Below are positions 52,357 through 64,000 of a DNA stretch of 64,000 bases, piece by piece (position 1 is the stretch's first letter; every line of letters begins with the position of its first letter). The translations under genes were made by a program, and so were the position numbers. Source of the DNA: Octopus sinensis. Its lineage: Eukaryota. The stretch is from the NCBI RefSeq assembly GCF_006345805.1, contig NC_043010.1, positions 57,846,001-57,910,000 on the forward strand, in the 5' to 3' direction. The notes beneath the pieces were generated by a model that was not told the DNA's origin, searched no databases, and saw only the letters and a program-made list of their open reading frames with translations.

Positions 52357-53510
52357 TATATATGTATGCACATACATATATAAATATACGCCTGCATACA
52401 CGTATACACATATTCACACTAATATATATATATATACACACACACACATATTGTTGACATCATACAAATTTATAAACATTTGAGAGAATGTGAAATATTT
52501 CCTTTTGGAACATTGGCTCTCAAAGCATATCAAATAAAGCTATGGTTAACAGCCTGTAAATATTGGGTTGAAAACTGTTTTGGATAGGAAGAATCAAAGA
52601 CAGCCTGTGGAACATGAAGCTACATCTTTTGTCATGCCTCCAGCCTTTGCCATTTTCTATCCAAAAAGGTTGTTCTACCAAATATTTTTACTGAATGTTT
52701 TTAACTCAATATGAGCAGCAAGATCCACTTCTCAACAAAATATTCGTCTTTCGGAGGCAGATTTCAAAACTCAAATTCTTTTTTCTCAAGATGCAGCAAT
52801 TCTGACCCTTTTTGGGCTAAATATACATACATAACCACATACACTCACATTTATATAATAGATATATTTGTATTTATACACACACACACACCTAAATATG
52901 CATGTATATATATATATATTATATATACACACACACACATATATATGTATGCACATACATATATAAATATACGCCTGCATACACGTATACACATATTCAC
53001 ACTAATATATATATATATACACACACACACATATTGTTGACATCATACAAATTTATAAACATTTGAGAGAATGTGAAATATTTCCTTTTGGAACATTGGC
53101 TCTCAAAGCATATCAAATAAAGCTATGGTTAACAGCCTGTAAATATTGGGTTGAAAACTGTTTTGGATAGGAAAGAATCAAAGACAGCCTGTGGAACATG
53201 AAGCTACATCTTTTGTCATGCCTCCAGCCTTTGCCATTTTCTATCCAAAAAGGTTGTTCTACCAAATATTTTTACTGAATGTTTTTAACTCAATATGAGC
53301 AGCAAGATCCACTTCTCAACAAAATATTCGTCTTTCGGAGGCAGATTTCAAAACTCAAATTCTTTTTTCTCAAAGATGCAGCAATTCTGACCCTTTTTGG
53401 GCTAAATATACATACATAACCACATACACTCACATTTATATAATAGATATATTTGTATTTATACACACACACACACCTAAATATGCATGTATATATATAT
53501 ATATATATAT
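52340..53510 (+). repeat. Tandem duplication A (2 x ~584 bp)
   Basis: Unique core (attgttgacatcatac ... tgaccctttttgggctaaa) at ~52450-52830 and ~53033-53415. Confidence 0.95.
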
Positions 53511-55005
53511 ATATATGGATACACACGCACACACATGCACACACATATTATCATCATCATCATCGTTTAACGTCTGTTTTCCATGCTGGCACAGGTTGGA
53601 CGGTTCAACTGGAGTCTGAGAAGCCAGGACGCTGCACCAGGCTCCATTCTGATCTGGCAGTGTTTCTACGGCTGGATGGCCTTCCTAACGACAACCATTC
53701 TGAGAGTGTAGTGGGTGCTTTTTACATGCCTCTGCCATGGGGATCACAACTACAATTTCCATTTGATTTTGATGTACTTGACTCAATGAGTCTCGTCAAG
53801 CATGGCATGTCGCCCTACAATCCAAGGTACTTTCAAGTGGACTGGTTATGTGACACTCGTGTAGGTTACATATGCAGAGAGAGCGAGACATAGAGAGAAG
53901 CTGAGTAATTTATAGATTCGTCTGTATGAGGCCAGAAAGTCTTTCACTACTCAGAGTTTTACACTTTTGATCTTCCTTTGGCAATGAATTATAAAAGTAT
54001 TTTGTGATTCAACACTTTGAGGAAGCCAGGGAGGAGGAAATCTGTCAGTTCCACTGGAGTGAATTCCCAAACACACACTTATATACATACACACACACTT
54101 ATATACATACACACACACTTATATACATACACACACACTTATATACATACATTACAGTGTGCATTGAGTGCTGGCTCTCTTGTTTGTGTTATGAAACAAA
54201 AGAAATGCATGTATGTATATGTTTGTATGTGTGTATTTACTCATGTATATTATATATATATATATATATATGGATACACACGCACACACATGCACACACA
54301 TATTATCATCATCATCATCGTTTAACGTCTGTTTTCCATGCTGGCACAGGTTGGACGGTTCAACTGGAGTCTGAGAAGCCAGGACGCTGCACCAGGCTCC
54401 ATTCTGATCTGGCAGTGTTTCTACGGCTGGATGGCCTTCCTAACGACAACCATTCTGAGAGTGTAGTGGGTGCTTTTTACATGCCTCTGCCATGGGGATC
54501 ACAACTACAATTTCCATTTGATTTTGATGTACTTGACTCAATGAGTCTCGTCAAGCATGGCATGTCGCCCTACAATCCAAGGTACTTTCAAGTGGACTGG
54601 TTATGTGACACTCGTGTAGGTTACATATGCAGAGAGAGCGAGACATAGAGAGAAGCTGAGTAATTTATAGATTCGTCTGTATGAGGCCAGAAAGTCTTTC
54701 ACTACTCAGAGTTTTACACTTTTGATCTTCCTTTGGCAATGAATTATAAAAGTATTTTGTGATTCAACACTTTGAGGAAGCCAGGGAGGAGGAAATCTGT
54801 CAGTTCCACTGGAGTGAATTCCCAAACACACACTTATATACATACACACACACTTATATACATACACACACACTTATATACATACACACACACTTATATA
54901 CATACATTACAGTGTGCATTGAGTGCTGGCTCTCTTGTTTGTGTTATGAAACAAAAGAAATGCATGTATGTATATGTTTGTATGTGTGTATTTACTCATG
55001 TATAT
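53495..55005 (+). repeat. Tandem duplication B (2 x 755 bp), each unit with an RTE 3' UTR (minus) and a 20-nt minisatellite x4
   Basis: Identical landmarks offset by 755 bp (ggatacacacgc at 53517/54272; ORF starts at 54004/54759); acacacacttatatacatac x4 at ~54070-54150. Confidence 0.95.
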
Positions 55006-55849
55006 ATATATATGTACACGTCCCCCCCACACGTACAAAGACACTCACACATACATCTGGCTGTCTATTTCTGTAGAATCCCTCCAGACCTCTCCTTAAT
55101 CATTATCTCTGTCATGAAACAACAACAGCAGCAACAACAACAACATCTTCAATTGTGACGTTAATTAATGTGTGATTCAATTTTCATTTATCAACAAATT
55201 AAGGGGGCATGGTGTCGTCGTCGTTGTCACCGCCACCGCCATCCTCATCGTCATCATTGCTGTTGTTGTTGTTGTTGTTACTGTTGTTTTACGTCTAACA
55301 TTAATTCTTGTGTCATTAGGTTTCTTCTCTCTCTCCTCCCTCCCTCCACTACACTCCACCACCCTGGAGCACATCATCACCACCGCCACCTCCGCCACTA
55401 CTATTACTACAACCAGTGTGCCACTAATTACATTACAAATCACCTGCCTCTAGCACCAAAAATCTAAGAATCAAGAATAGATATCCAACCTCCACAAAAC
55501 ACACCGAAAACTCTCTCCCTCTCTCCCCCCTCTCTCTCTCTCCTGCTTTCTCTCTCTCTCCCTCTCTCTCTCTCTCTCCCTCTCTCTCTCTCGCTGCTCT
55601 TCTACAATTTCACACTGATGACTGCCATTATAATCTCAACATTATTAACATCATCATCATCACAATCACTGCCATCATCATCATCATCAACATCATCACC
55701 ATCTTCCTCCTCCTCCTCATCGTTGTCGTTGTCATCATGATTTGCATCACAATCATCATCATCATCATCATTAGTATCATTATTATCCATGCTGTTGTTA
55801 TCGTTATCATAATTATTATTATCATCATCGTTACTGTTGTTGTTGTTGA

Positions 55850-57240
55850 GGCATCAATTTGGCAGAAGCATCACTGCACACTAAATGCTCTGAGTTCAAA
55901 TCCCACTCAGGTACACTTTGTCTTTCATTCCTTTTGGGTCAATGAAATAAAGTACCAGTAATATACTGGTTTTCAATGTAATCGATTTGTCCCCTCCCCT
56001 CAAAACTGTCGCCTTTGTACCCGAATTTGAGACCATTAATTTGGCAAGCTGGCCGACTAATTAACAGCTTGGACGAAATGCCAATCAGCATTTCCACCAA
56101 TACTGGACATTCCGAGTCCAAATTCAGCGAAGGTCAATTTTGCCTTTTAGTCTTCTGGTGGGAGTCATTAAAGTAAGTACCAGTTAAGTACTGGGGTTGA
56201 TGTAATTGACATGCCCTTCCCCTCAAAATTGTTGTCTATAAGCCAAACTTTTAAGCTTTTATCATCGTTACTTCTTCATCTTCCATACTCTTACTCCTCC
56301 TTCTTTCCTCCCTCCTCTCCTCCTTACATTCTTCTCCATCCTACTGCCCCTACCAAGCTCCTAATATTGTTTTCAAATTTTGGCTCAAGGCCAGCAATTT
56401 CAAGGGGGGGGGGGCTGAGGGCGGGGCAAGTTGATTACATCAGCCCCAGAACTCAACTGGTACTTATTTTATCAGCCCTGAAATAATGAAAGGTAAAATC
56501 GACTTTGGCAGGATTTGATCTCAGAACATGAAGATGTACAAAATGGCACTAAGCATCTTGCTCAGCATGGTAACAATTCTGCCGGCTCACAGACTTCTAA
56601 TATGCAAATATTAAAACCATTTTGAAGGCAGCAAACTGACAGAATCACTAGCAAGCGTGGCTGTGTGGTAAGAAGTTTGCTTACCAACCACGTGGTTCCG
56701 GGTTCAGTCCCACTGCCAGTGGAACCATGGGCAAGTGTCTTTTATTATAGCCTTGGACTGACCAAAGCCTTGTGAATGGATTTGGTAGACAGAAACTGAA
56801 AGAAGCCCATCATATATATATATGCATGTATGTATGTATGTATGTATGGATTTGTGTGTCGATTTTTGTCCCCCCCCCCACATCTCTTGACAACTGATGT
56901 TGGCATGTTTACGTTTACATCCCTCTAACTTAGCAGTTTGGAAAAAGAGACTGATAGAATAAATACTAGGCTTACAAAGAATAAGTCCTGGGGTCGATTT
57001 CTTCAACTAAGGGCAGTGCTCCAGAATGGCCACTGTCAAATGAGTGAAACAAGTAAAAAAATAAAGAAAACTAAGCAAAATGCTCTGCTGTATTTTGTCT
57101 GTCTTTGAGTTCTGAGTTCAAATTGACTTTGCCTTTCATCTTTCCAGGGTTGATAAAATAAGCATCAGTTAATTACTGGGATCGATGTAATTAACTGCCA
57201 CCCACCCCTTGGTGCCAAAACTTGAAATCAATATTTAAAC
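55850..57240. mobile_element. Second SINE cluster: OK-like copies (~55850-56040 +, 56045-56250 +, 56380-56600 -, 57070-57240 +) and a full Meta-like SINE (56655-57065 +)
   Basis: Recurring tgagttcaaat ... ctttcat ... aagtaccag, and ggctgtgtggtaagaagtttgcttaccaaccacgtggttccgggttcagtccc ... gatttggtagacagaaactgaaagaagccc. Confidence 0.8.
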
Positions 57241-58899
57241 CATTGTTGACAACTTCACAATTTTTCAGATTTCACTCAGTTTTTGTTGCTGTTCCTAAGC
57301 AGAGTCTTGTATGAAAACCTACTCTCCATACACACACCACATAGGAGACACACAGATAAGCATTGGGAGGAAAGTTCAACCTGCTAGAAATAACTATTGG
57401 ATGTCCCTTAGATCATACCCTTCATGTCTTTCTCTGAATTGCAAAGAGAGCATTTTTGCTTTTGGACATTGTTATAGCCAGGTTGATTGAAAAAAAAAAG
57501 ATGTTGTTAACTCTTAGCCCAGCCGTCTTTTATCTGGGACTGTCTGCCACTCTCATTTGGAACAGACAGACAGAGAACTCACCCCCAGTAATTGACTGGT
57601 TCTTTCTTTGACCGGCTCTGCATAAATGAAAGTAAAGACAACCTCAGAAGGATATGTACTCAAGACTGATAGAACCAAATCAAACACTGCAACATGTTTC
57701 GTCTGGTGCTCTACCAGTTCTGCCACCTGAGTCCATTAAATGACAGACAATACCATATGTAATATAGTTCTTAACTGAACTTCAGACAAGATAGTCATGG
57801 GTGGATCAGGGTTGATTTGAAGTTAAACAGCAACAATAGCAAGGAACACATCCCAGTTATAATGAATAGTTCACTCCAGTCTCGTAACAGTTAACATCTC
57901 CCCCTGGTGGACAAATTAGGAATTACTCTGAGAGTTTTTGCAGTAAGAATATGAAGCCACTGGAACCAGCACCCTGATGGATGGGTCCCCACTCATAGAG
58001 ATAGATAAAGAGTACCATTTCTACCCTGTATCCACCCTTATCCAAGGCTGCACTTAGTGTTATGCACCCCAGTGCAAAATAATTCCCTGGGAACCCTGTA
58101 TTTATTTATTGGCAACAAACTACAGACCACAGCATACAGAGAGGCTCCCTAAATTCATAGGGACTCTAAGCAACTGTCCTGTGTGCCCATGCCTGAAGCG
58201 GGCTCTGCCGTTGTCTTCTCCACACCACCCAGACAATATTGGAAGGGTTTTGTAAAATTGGACACCACTCCAATATTGCACAGGCACCACTAAACTAACT
58301 CTACATTAGCATTACAACAACACTACACTGCTACTACCCCATTGCTACACCACTCTACTACTACATCAGAAACTGTGCCAACATTCTTACATTTTTTAAA
58401 AATCAATTAAAATTTATTTTAAGACAAAATTTTTACTCTAAGACAAAAAACTCCCATTTTTTGCCTATTTTTCATCTCAACTATTTTAGCTCCCTCTTTT
58501 TTATCCCTGCCCCACCCCGCCCTCTTTTATCTGCCCCTACTCTTCTCTCACCTACCCCACCACCCTCCTCCCTCCTCTCTAATCTAATCGGTAGAATCCT
58601 TATTAAAAGCTAATGGAGTCAGGGAGAATGTAATTAAACTAGCAGTTGCCTGCAACTTAATTGTACAACTGCCGTTTATCTCATTACACTGCTGCTGCTG
58701 CTGCTGCTGCTGCTGCACTGTATCACTGCTTCTGTGCTTTATTGCTGGTGGTGCAATCACTATGCTGCCACTGTACTGTAAATGGCATATCTGAAAAAGG
58801 TGGGGTGGGCATAAGTGAGACCCCTTTGGTCACAGTCTCGGGTGGAGGAGCATAGACCTAGGAGTAAACATTAACCCCTAACGCCAGACAATATGAAAG

Positions 58900-60560
58900 G
58901 CAACAACGTTGCTCTTGCACTTGCCAAACTCCTTGAGGAAGAGACTAAGTTTCTGGTAGATGTAGCTTTACAAAAGTTACCCTGAGAGTTATTAAATGAG
59001 CAACAGAGAGACTGAAGGCATTAGAAAAGGGTGTTGTTAATGCCTGTTACCACAATGGCTGATAGGGTGGGAGCTGGCAGGACGAATGAGGTTGCCCTGC
59101 CTGGGGATGACACTCACTGTGGTATGTTTCGGAAGACTAAGCTGGAAGGGAAAGGTTGAAGTGCTTGGTGACGACAGGGATAAGATCTGAAATACATCAT
59201 TTGAAGATAAAGGAATGGACATTGTCAGGTCGTTATGGACTTGTAGCATTGAAGGGACCTGAGATTCTTCTATACTTGGTGTTTGTACCTATTATGACTG
59301 TTGTATAGCGAAACTGTACACCCTTCCCACTAAAATGTGGTAGTAGCCAGCCATTATAAATAGACCAGTAGCCAGTTGATAGAAGGTCGAGAGGTTGAGA
59401 GTACATGTGGACTGTGTTGATAGTTGTGTCTTAGTGATTATACTGTGGTACAGAGTGGATGTTATGACCATTCAACTTTTTGAGGATAATAACACTGTTA
59501 TGACTGGGCATCGACCAGAGAGTGCCAGATAGAACCATTCTATCGACGACTTCGGAATATAACAATATAACTATTGTCAGAAGACAGATACAACAGTGGC
59601 AAAAGAGCACTTTACAACAATGACGAACTTGGGGAAAGGGTTAACTTTCACACTTTATCCCATCCACCCACTTTGAAATAATTTTATTGCCAGACTTTTC
59701 AATGTTGTATTGTTATTTCATTATTACTTTTATCTTATCTATTTACTTAAAGGGAGAGCATGTCACATGTGCCATGGGGAGTTGGCTGTTAAGAAGGCAG
59801 TAAATGTAAGGATTCACTGCTAACAGAGCAATCAGGATTGAGAAATGGAATGAGGAAGGATTCTATAATGTTGATGGAGATTCCTTAGGAAAAGGATCCA
59901 AAATATGAGCAACAGTGTGTGGTTAGAGTTCATAAGAAATGGATGGTGGAATCTTTTATGGTTTGTGTGATAGTTTTGCTGGGGTTGTGGTGTTGGGTAA
60001 AAGCTGTCTTGTAAGTAGAGGTGAATGACTTACTCCAAACATTGCTGGCCACAGTGAATAGAAAGCAGCTGGGACTGTCCTTCAGGGAAGATTGGGATTG
60101 TGAGGGGTTGTGGTGAGCAGAGTGTGGTGAGAGAAAGCCAACAGAAGGGTTTCAGTCACTGATAGGGTCAAGGGTAAAGTACAGATGATGCCAGAAAAAA
60201 CATAAAAATATCAGAAATGGGTCCAAGGAATCAGGGTGAGGTGTGTTATGTAATATATGGATGTGAGATGGGTTGTTAGGATCAGGGTAGGAATCAAATG
60301 AGGTGCAGAAGTGGCTGAGGGTGGATTGGGCTGTATGAAAAAGATTGAGGACATTTGGAATGTCTGTGAGGAATTGATGTAGATGGTGAATCTAGCAGAA
60401 GTGGGCATTGCAAAAGGTTTGGTCTATACATTAATGGCATCAGTATGGAATGGTTGCAAGAACTGAGAAGAATAGGTTGTGGTGTGGGGGAGTGTAGAGG
60501 GTGATAGGGCAAATATTTGGCAGTGTGGGCACGTGAGAACCAAAGTAAATGAAAGTCTTT
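58900..60560 (-). pseudogene. Old APE-type LINE (I/Jockey/CR1-group-like) ORF2 remnant: endonuclease traces and start of RT
   Basis: TTVSVIPRQGNLIRPASSHPISH resembles WKxAxIIPIxKxGK...PSSYRPISL; upstream DSPSCFL..W / FGVSHSPL resemble SSPDxxL..W / LxSDHxPI. Confidence 0.5.
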
Positions 60561-60619
60561 GATGTTGATAATCAGTTGAGACAGGTAAGTGGTAAATATA
60601 TATATATAACATCAACATC

Positions 60620-61032
60620 AGCAATATCAAAATCAAATCAAATGGAAATTGTAGTTGTGAGCCCCATGCCAGTAGCACATAAAAAGCACCATTGATCATG
60701 GTCGATGCCAGCTCCTCTGCCCCCCATGCCAGTAGCACATAAAAAGCACCATCCAAACGTGGTCGATGCCAGTGCTGCTTTCACTGGCTTCCATGCTGGT
60801 GGCACGTAAAAAGCACCATCGATCATGGTCGATGCCAGCTCCTCTGGCCCCTGTGCCAGTGACACATAAAAAGCACCCATTACACTCTCAGAGTGGTTGG
60901 CATTAGGAAGGGCATCCAGCTGTAGAAACACTGCCAGATCAGATTGGGGCCTGGTGCAGCCTCTTGGCTTCCCAGATCCCAGTCGAACCATCCAACCCAT
61001 GGCAGCATGGAAAACAGACGTTAAACGATGAT
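60620..61032 (+). mobile_element. RTE 3' UTR with internal tandem units and (GAT)n tail
   Basis: Repeated tgccagtagcacataaaaagcacc units; ends gcatggaaaacagacgttaaacgatgatgat. Confidence 0.85.
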
Positions 61033-61385
61033 GATATATATAGAGGCAGAGAGAGAGGGAGAGAGTGTGGATGTGGAGTTCACAATTATGTAGAGAACAG
61101 AGAGCTGGACATGAGACATGGACTTGAGGTAATGGTTGAGAGATTTGTGTGATGTAGTGGAATAGGTTCTGTGGTTTGTGAGTTAGTAAATGATGGTGGA
61201 GATGGTCCTGGATGGATTGAAAAACTTTGCAGTTGTAGATGGTGTTGTTGTGGTGGTGATGGTGAGGAATTATCAGGTGGGTGCGTTTGATAGGTAGAGG
61301 ATTAGTAAGGTATGTTTACATCTGTCTGCTAGTCTGTGCAACGATCAGTCTGATTCCCTCTCTCTTTATATTAATGCATACATAG

Positions 61386-61468
<83 letters not shown>

Positions 61469-62395
61469 GATATCATCTATTCATATAATTTTTATATCTA
61501 TCTATCTATATGCATACTTACGTACATACATACATGTATACATGTATATATATATATCCATTCATCCATACATATATGTATTATGTGTGTACGTATGTAC
61601 ATACATACATATATATATATGTGTATGTATGTAAGTATGCATATATATATATATGTGTGTGTGTATGTCAGCCTGTTTTCCTCCATAACTCTAGATTAAC
61701 TTTCACACTTTAGTCCCCACAGTAAGAAATAATTTTATTGCTACAGATTCCAATCCTGTATTGTTATTTCATAATTACTTTTATCTCAACTATTTCACTT
61801 CATGGTTGTGTCACCTGTCTTTGATTAATACACACACACACACACATACACATACACATGCACACATATGTATCCATGCACTTCTATACATACAATCATA
61901 TATGCATACATACACTGCTATACACACATAGATACATCAATATAATCATATATACCTATATACACAGCTACACACACATAGATACATATATATACATATA
62001 TAAATATATATCTTTATATACATACTTCTATATGTACATACACACATCCATCCATACATGCATACATATAGACATATATCCACTTATACACACCTACATC
62101 CATATATATCTGCATACATGCATCTATATATACATACAAACACACATATATAGACATTTTGCCATTACACATACACACGCACAAATACACATACCCTGTG
62201 TGCCCCCCCCCCAGTCACCTTTCCCCAATCTCTGACAGGGGAGGTCACCAGTGTTACTTCATTAATTTCACATGGATTTAAGGAGGAATGGGGTGGTGGT
62301 GGGAGTGGGGAGGAACTATTAACACCTCTCACTTGCACTGACAGAAGCAAAACATGCGTGAGCCTCTGTGTGTGTGTGTGTGTGCGTGTGTGTGT

Positions 62396-62431
<36 letters not shown>

Positions 62432-62437
62432 GTGTGT

Positions 62438-62477
<40 letters not shown>

Positions 62478-62889
62478 GCCATAGAATTAAATATTCTCCA
62501 GAAGCAAATATAAAGAACCAATGTTGTAGTATTAGTAGTAGTGGTGGTGGTGGTAGTAGTAGTAGCAGGAGCAGCAGGAGCTGTCGTGGATGGTGGGGTG
62601 ATGGTACTAGTGGTGGTGATGGTGTGTGGGGGAGGCCAGCAGTTGGTGTCTGTCCCTGTAGACCTTCCCCCAAAATGACAATTTCAATGCCCAACACTGC
62701 TAGACATTTCCACGGGTTGTCCATATTGCCCTCCCCCCACCCCAGCTGAAATCTTTGTTTTGATGGTTCCATCAACCCCTAAAGTTACCTCGGAACATCA
62801 TATATAGATATATATACACACATATACATACATACATACATACATTTCTAAATATCTCAGAGAGATATATGCAGTAGTGATACGATAAA

Positions 62890-63100
62890 GTAGTTGTATA
62901 CTGTCAACTTAATGTGACAGTCCCATGAAGGAAATAATACTACTGCTATTTAGCCCTAGGAAGCAGCAATGCTTCCTGTCGGCCTTGACACATTTCCTGT
63001 GTCCTTATGTTTGTTACAAGGGGGAGATAAGCACCTCCACCCAGCTAAGCCTGTCATCAGAGACTAGTTTCTGAGTCATTGCGCATCATCAGTCTGGAGT
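62890..63100 (-). mobile_element. Retrozyme-like short element: hammerhead plus four hairpins
   Basis: Hammerhead at 63058-63096; hairpins at 63023-63038, 62987-63003, 62958-62977 and 62900-62921. Confidence 0.55.
63058..63096 (-). ncRNA. Minimal type I hammerhead ribozyme motif
   Basis: caga-CTGATGA-tgcg-caatga-ctca-GAAAC-ta-GTC-tctg: exact core, stem I caga/tctg, stem II 3 of 4 pairs, palindromic stem III actagt, GUC triplet. Confidence 0.75.
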
Positions 63101-63221
63101 AGCATGACCTGCTAGTTGGAGATGCCTCTCTAGCTCTTGTGAATATATAAGAATTCTAGTGAAATACATTCACTGATTTCAAAAATAGAGAAATGTATTA
63201 TTGTAAGAGAAATGTAAGCTA

Positions 63222-64000
63222 TGGACAGATAAGAGGTGCAGCAACATCAAAGAAAGATTAACCGAGAAGATAGCTTTCATACGTGGTAGATGCACAGGAG
63301 TAGTAAACACCACAGATGCTCAGAAAACAGATTCCATCACATTCCAGAGTGAGAAACAAGAAGTAGTTGATAGCTTCCACTACCTAGGTGACCAAGTTAG
63401 TTGTGGGGGTGGATGCTCAGAGAGTGTTACCACTAGAATAAGAATAGCCTGGGCACAGTTTAGAAAGCTTCTTCCCCTACTGGTGACAAAGGGTCTCACG
63501 CTCAGAGTGAAAGGTAGATTGTATGATGCATGTGTGTGAACTGCCATGCTTCACGGTAGTGATACATGGGCCATGACTGCGGAGGACATCCGTAGGCTCA
63601 AAAGAAATGAAGCTAGTATGATCCGCTGGATGTGTAATGTCAGTGTGTACGCACGACAGAGTGTAAGCACCCTGAGAGAAACGTTGGACATAAGAAGCAT
63701 TACATGTGGCATGCAAGAGGGACGTTTGCGTTGGTATGGTCATGTACTATGGATGGATGAGGAGAGATGTGTGAAGAAGTGCCACTCCCAAACAGTTAAA
63801 GGAATCCGAGGTAGAGGTAGACCCAGGAAGACATGGGATGAGGTGGTCAAGCATGACCTTCGAACGTTGGACCTCACAGAGGCAATGACCAAAGACCAAG
63901 ACCTCTATAGATCTACTGTGACTGCGAAGACCTGGCAAATATAGTGAGTTTATGGCTGTATCCTACGCTAGTTTCACATAACCAGCCCTAACCCATTCAG
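63222..64000 (+). pseudogene. 5'-truncated RTE LINE ORF2 C-terminal third plus start of 3' UTR (one premature stop near 63538)
   Basis: EVVDSFHYLGDQVSCGGGCSESVTTRIRIAWAQFRKLLPLL ... RVKGRLYDACV*TAMLHGSDTW ... RLRWYGHV ... GRPRKTWDEVVKHDL. Confidence 0.92.

Overview
AT-rich eukaryotic non-coding DNA saturated with (TA)n, (CA)n, (CAT)n, (ATT)n and (CTT)n microsatellites and decayed transposable elements. The repeat repertoire resembles that of Octopus (inference from recalled family consensi, not a database search): tRNA-derived SINEs of three types and RTE LINE 3' ends with (GAT)n tails. I found no host protein-coding exon, rRNA, intact tRNA or CRISPR array. Nearly all listed ORFs are microsatellite translations. 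The recognisable coding remnants are all from TEs: Penelope-like (PLE) RT and GIY-YIG fragments, several RTE fragments, a DD34D mariner, an internally deleted DD37D Tc1/mariner, an RLE-type LINE 3' end and an old APE-type LINE. Non-autonomous elements include a complete 500-bp Helitron and two MITEs. The most interesting signal is a set of minimal hammerhead-ribozyme motifs in several unrelated short repeats. The best one (63058-63096, minus strand) heads a ~210-nt unit with four more hairpins (retrozyme-like). There are also long palindromes and an AABB tandem duplication at 52.3-55.0 kb. A 100-N assembly gap lies at 37040-37139.
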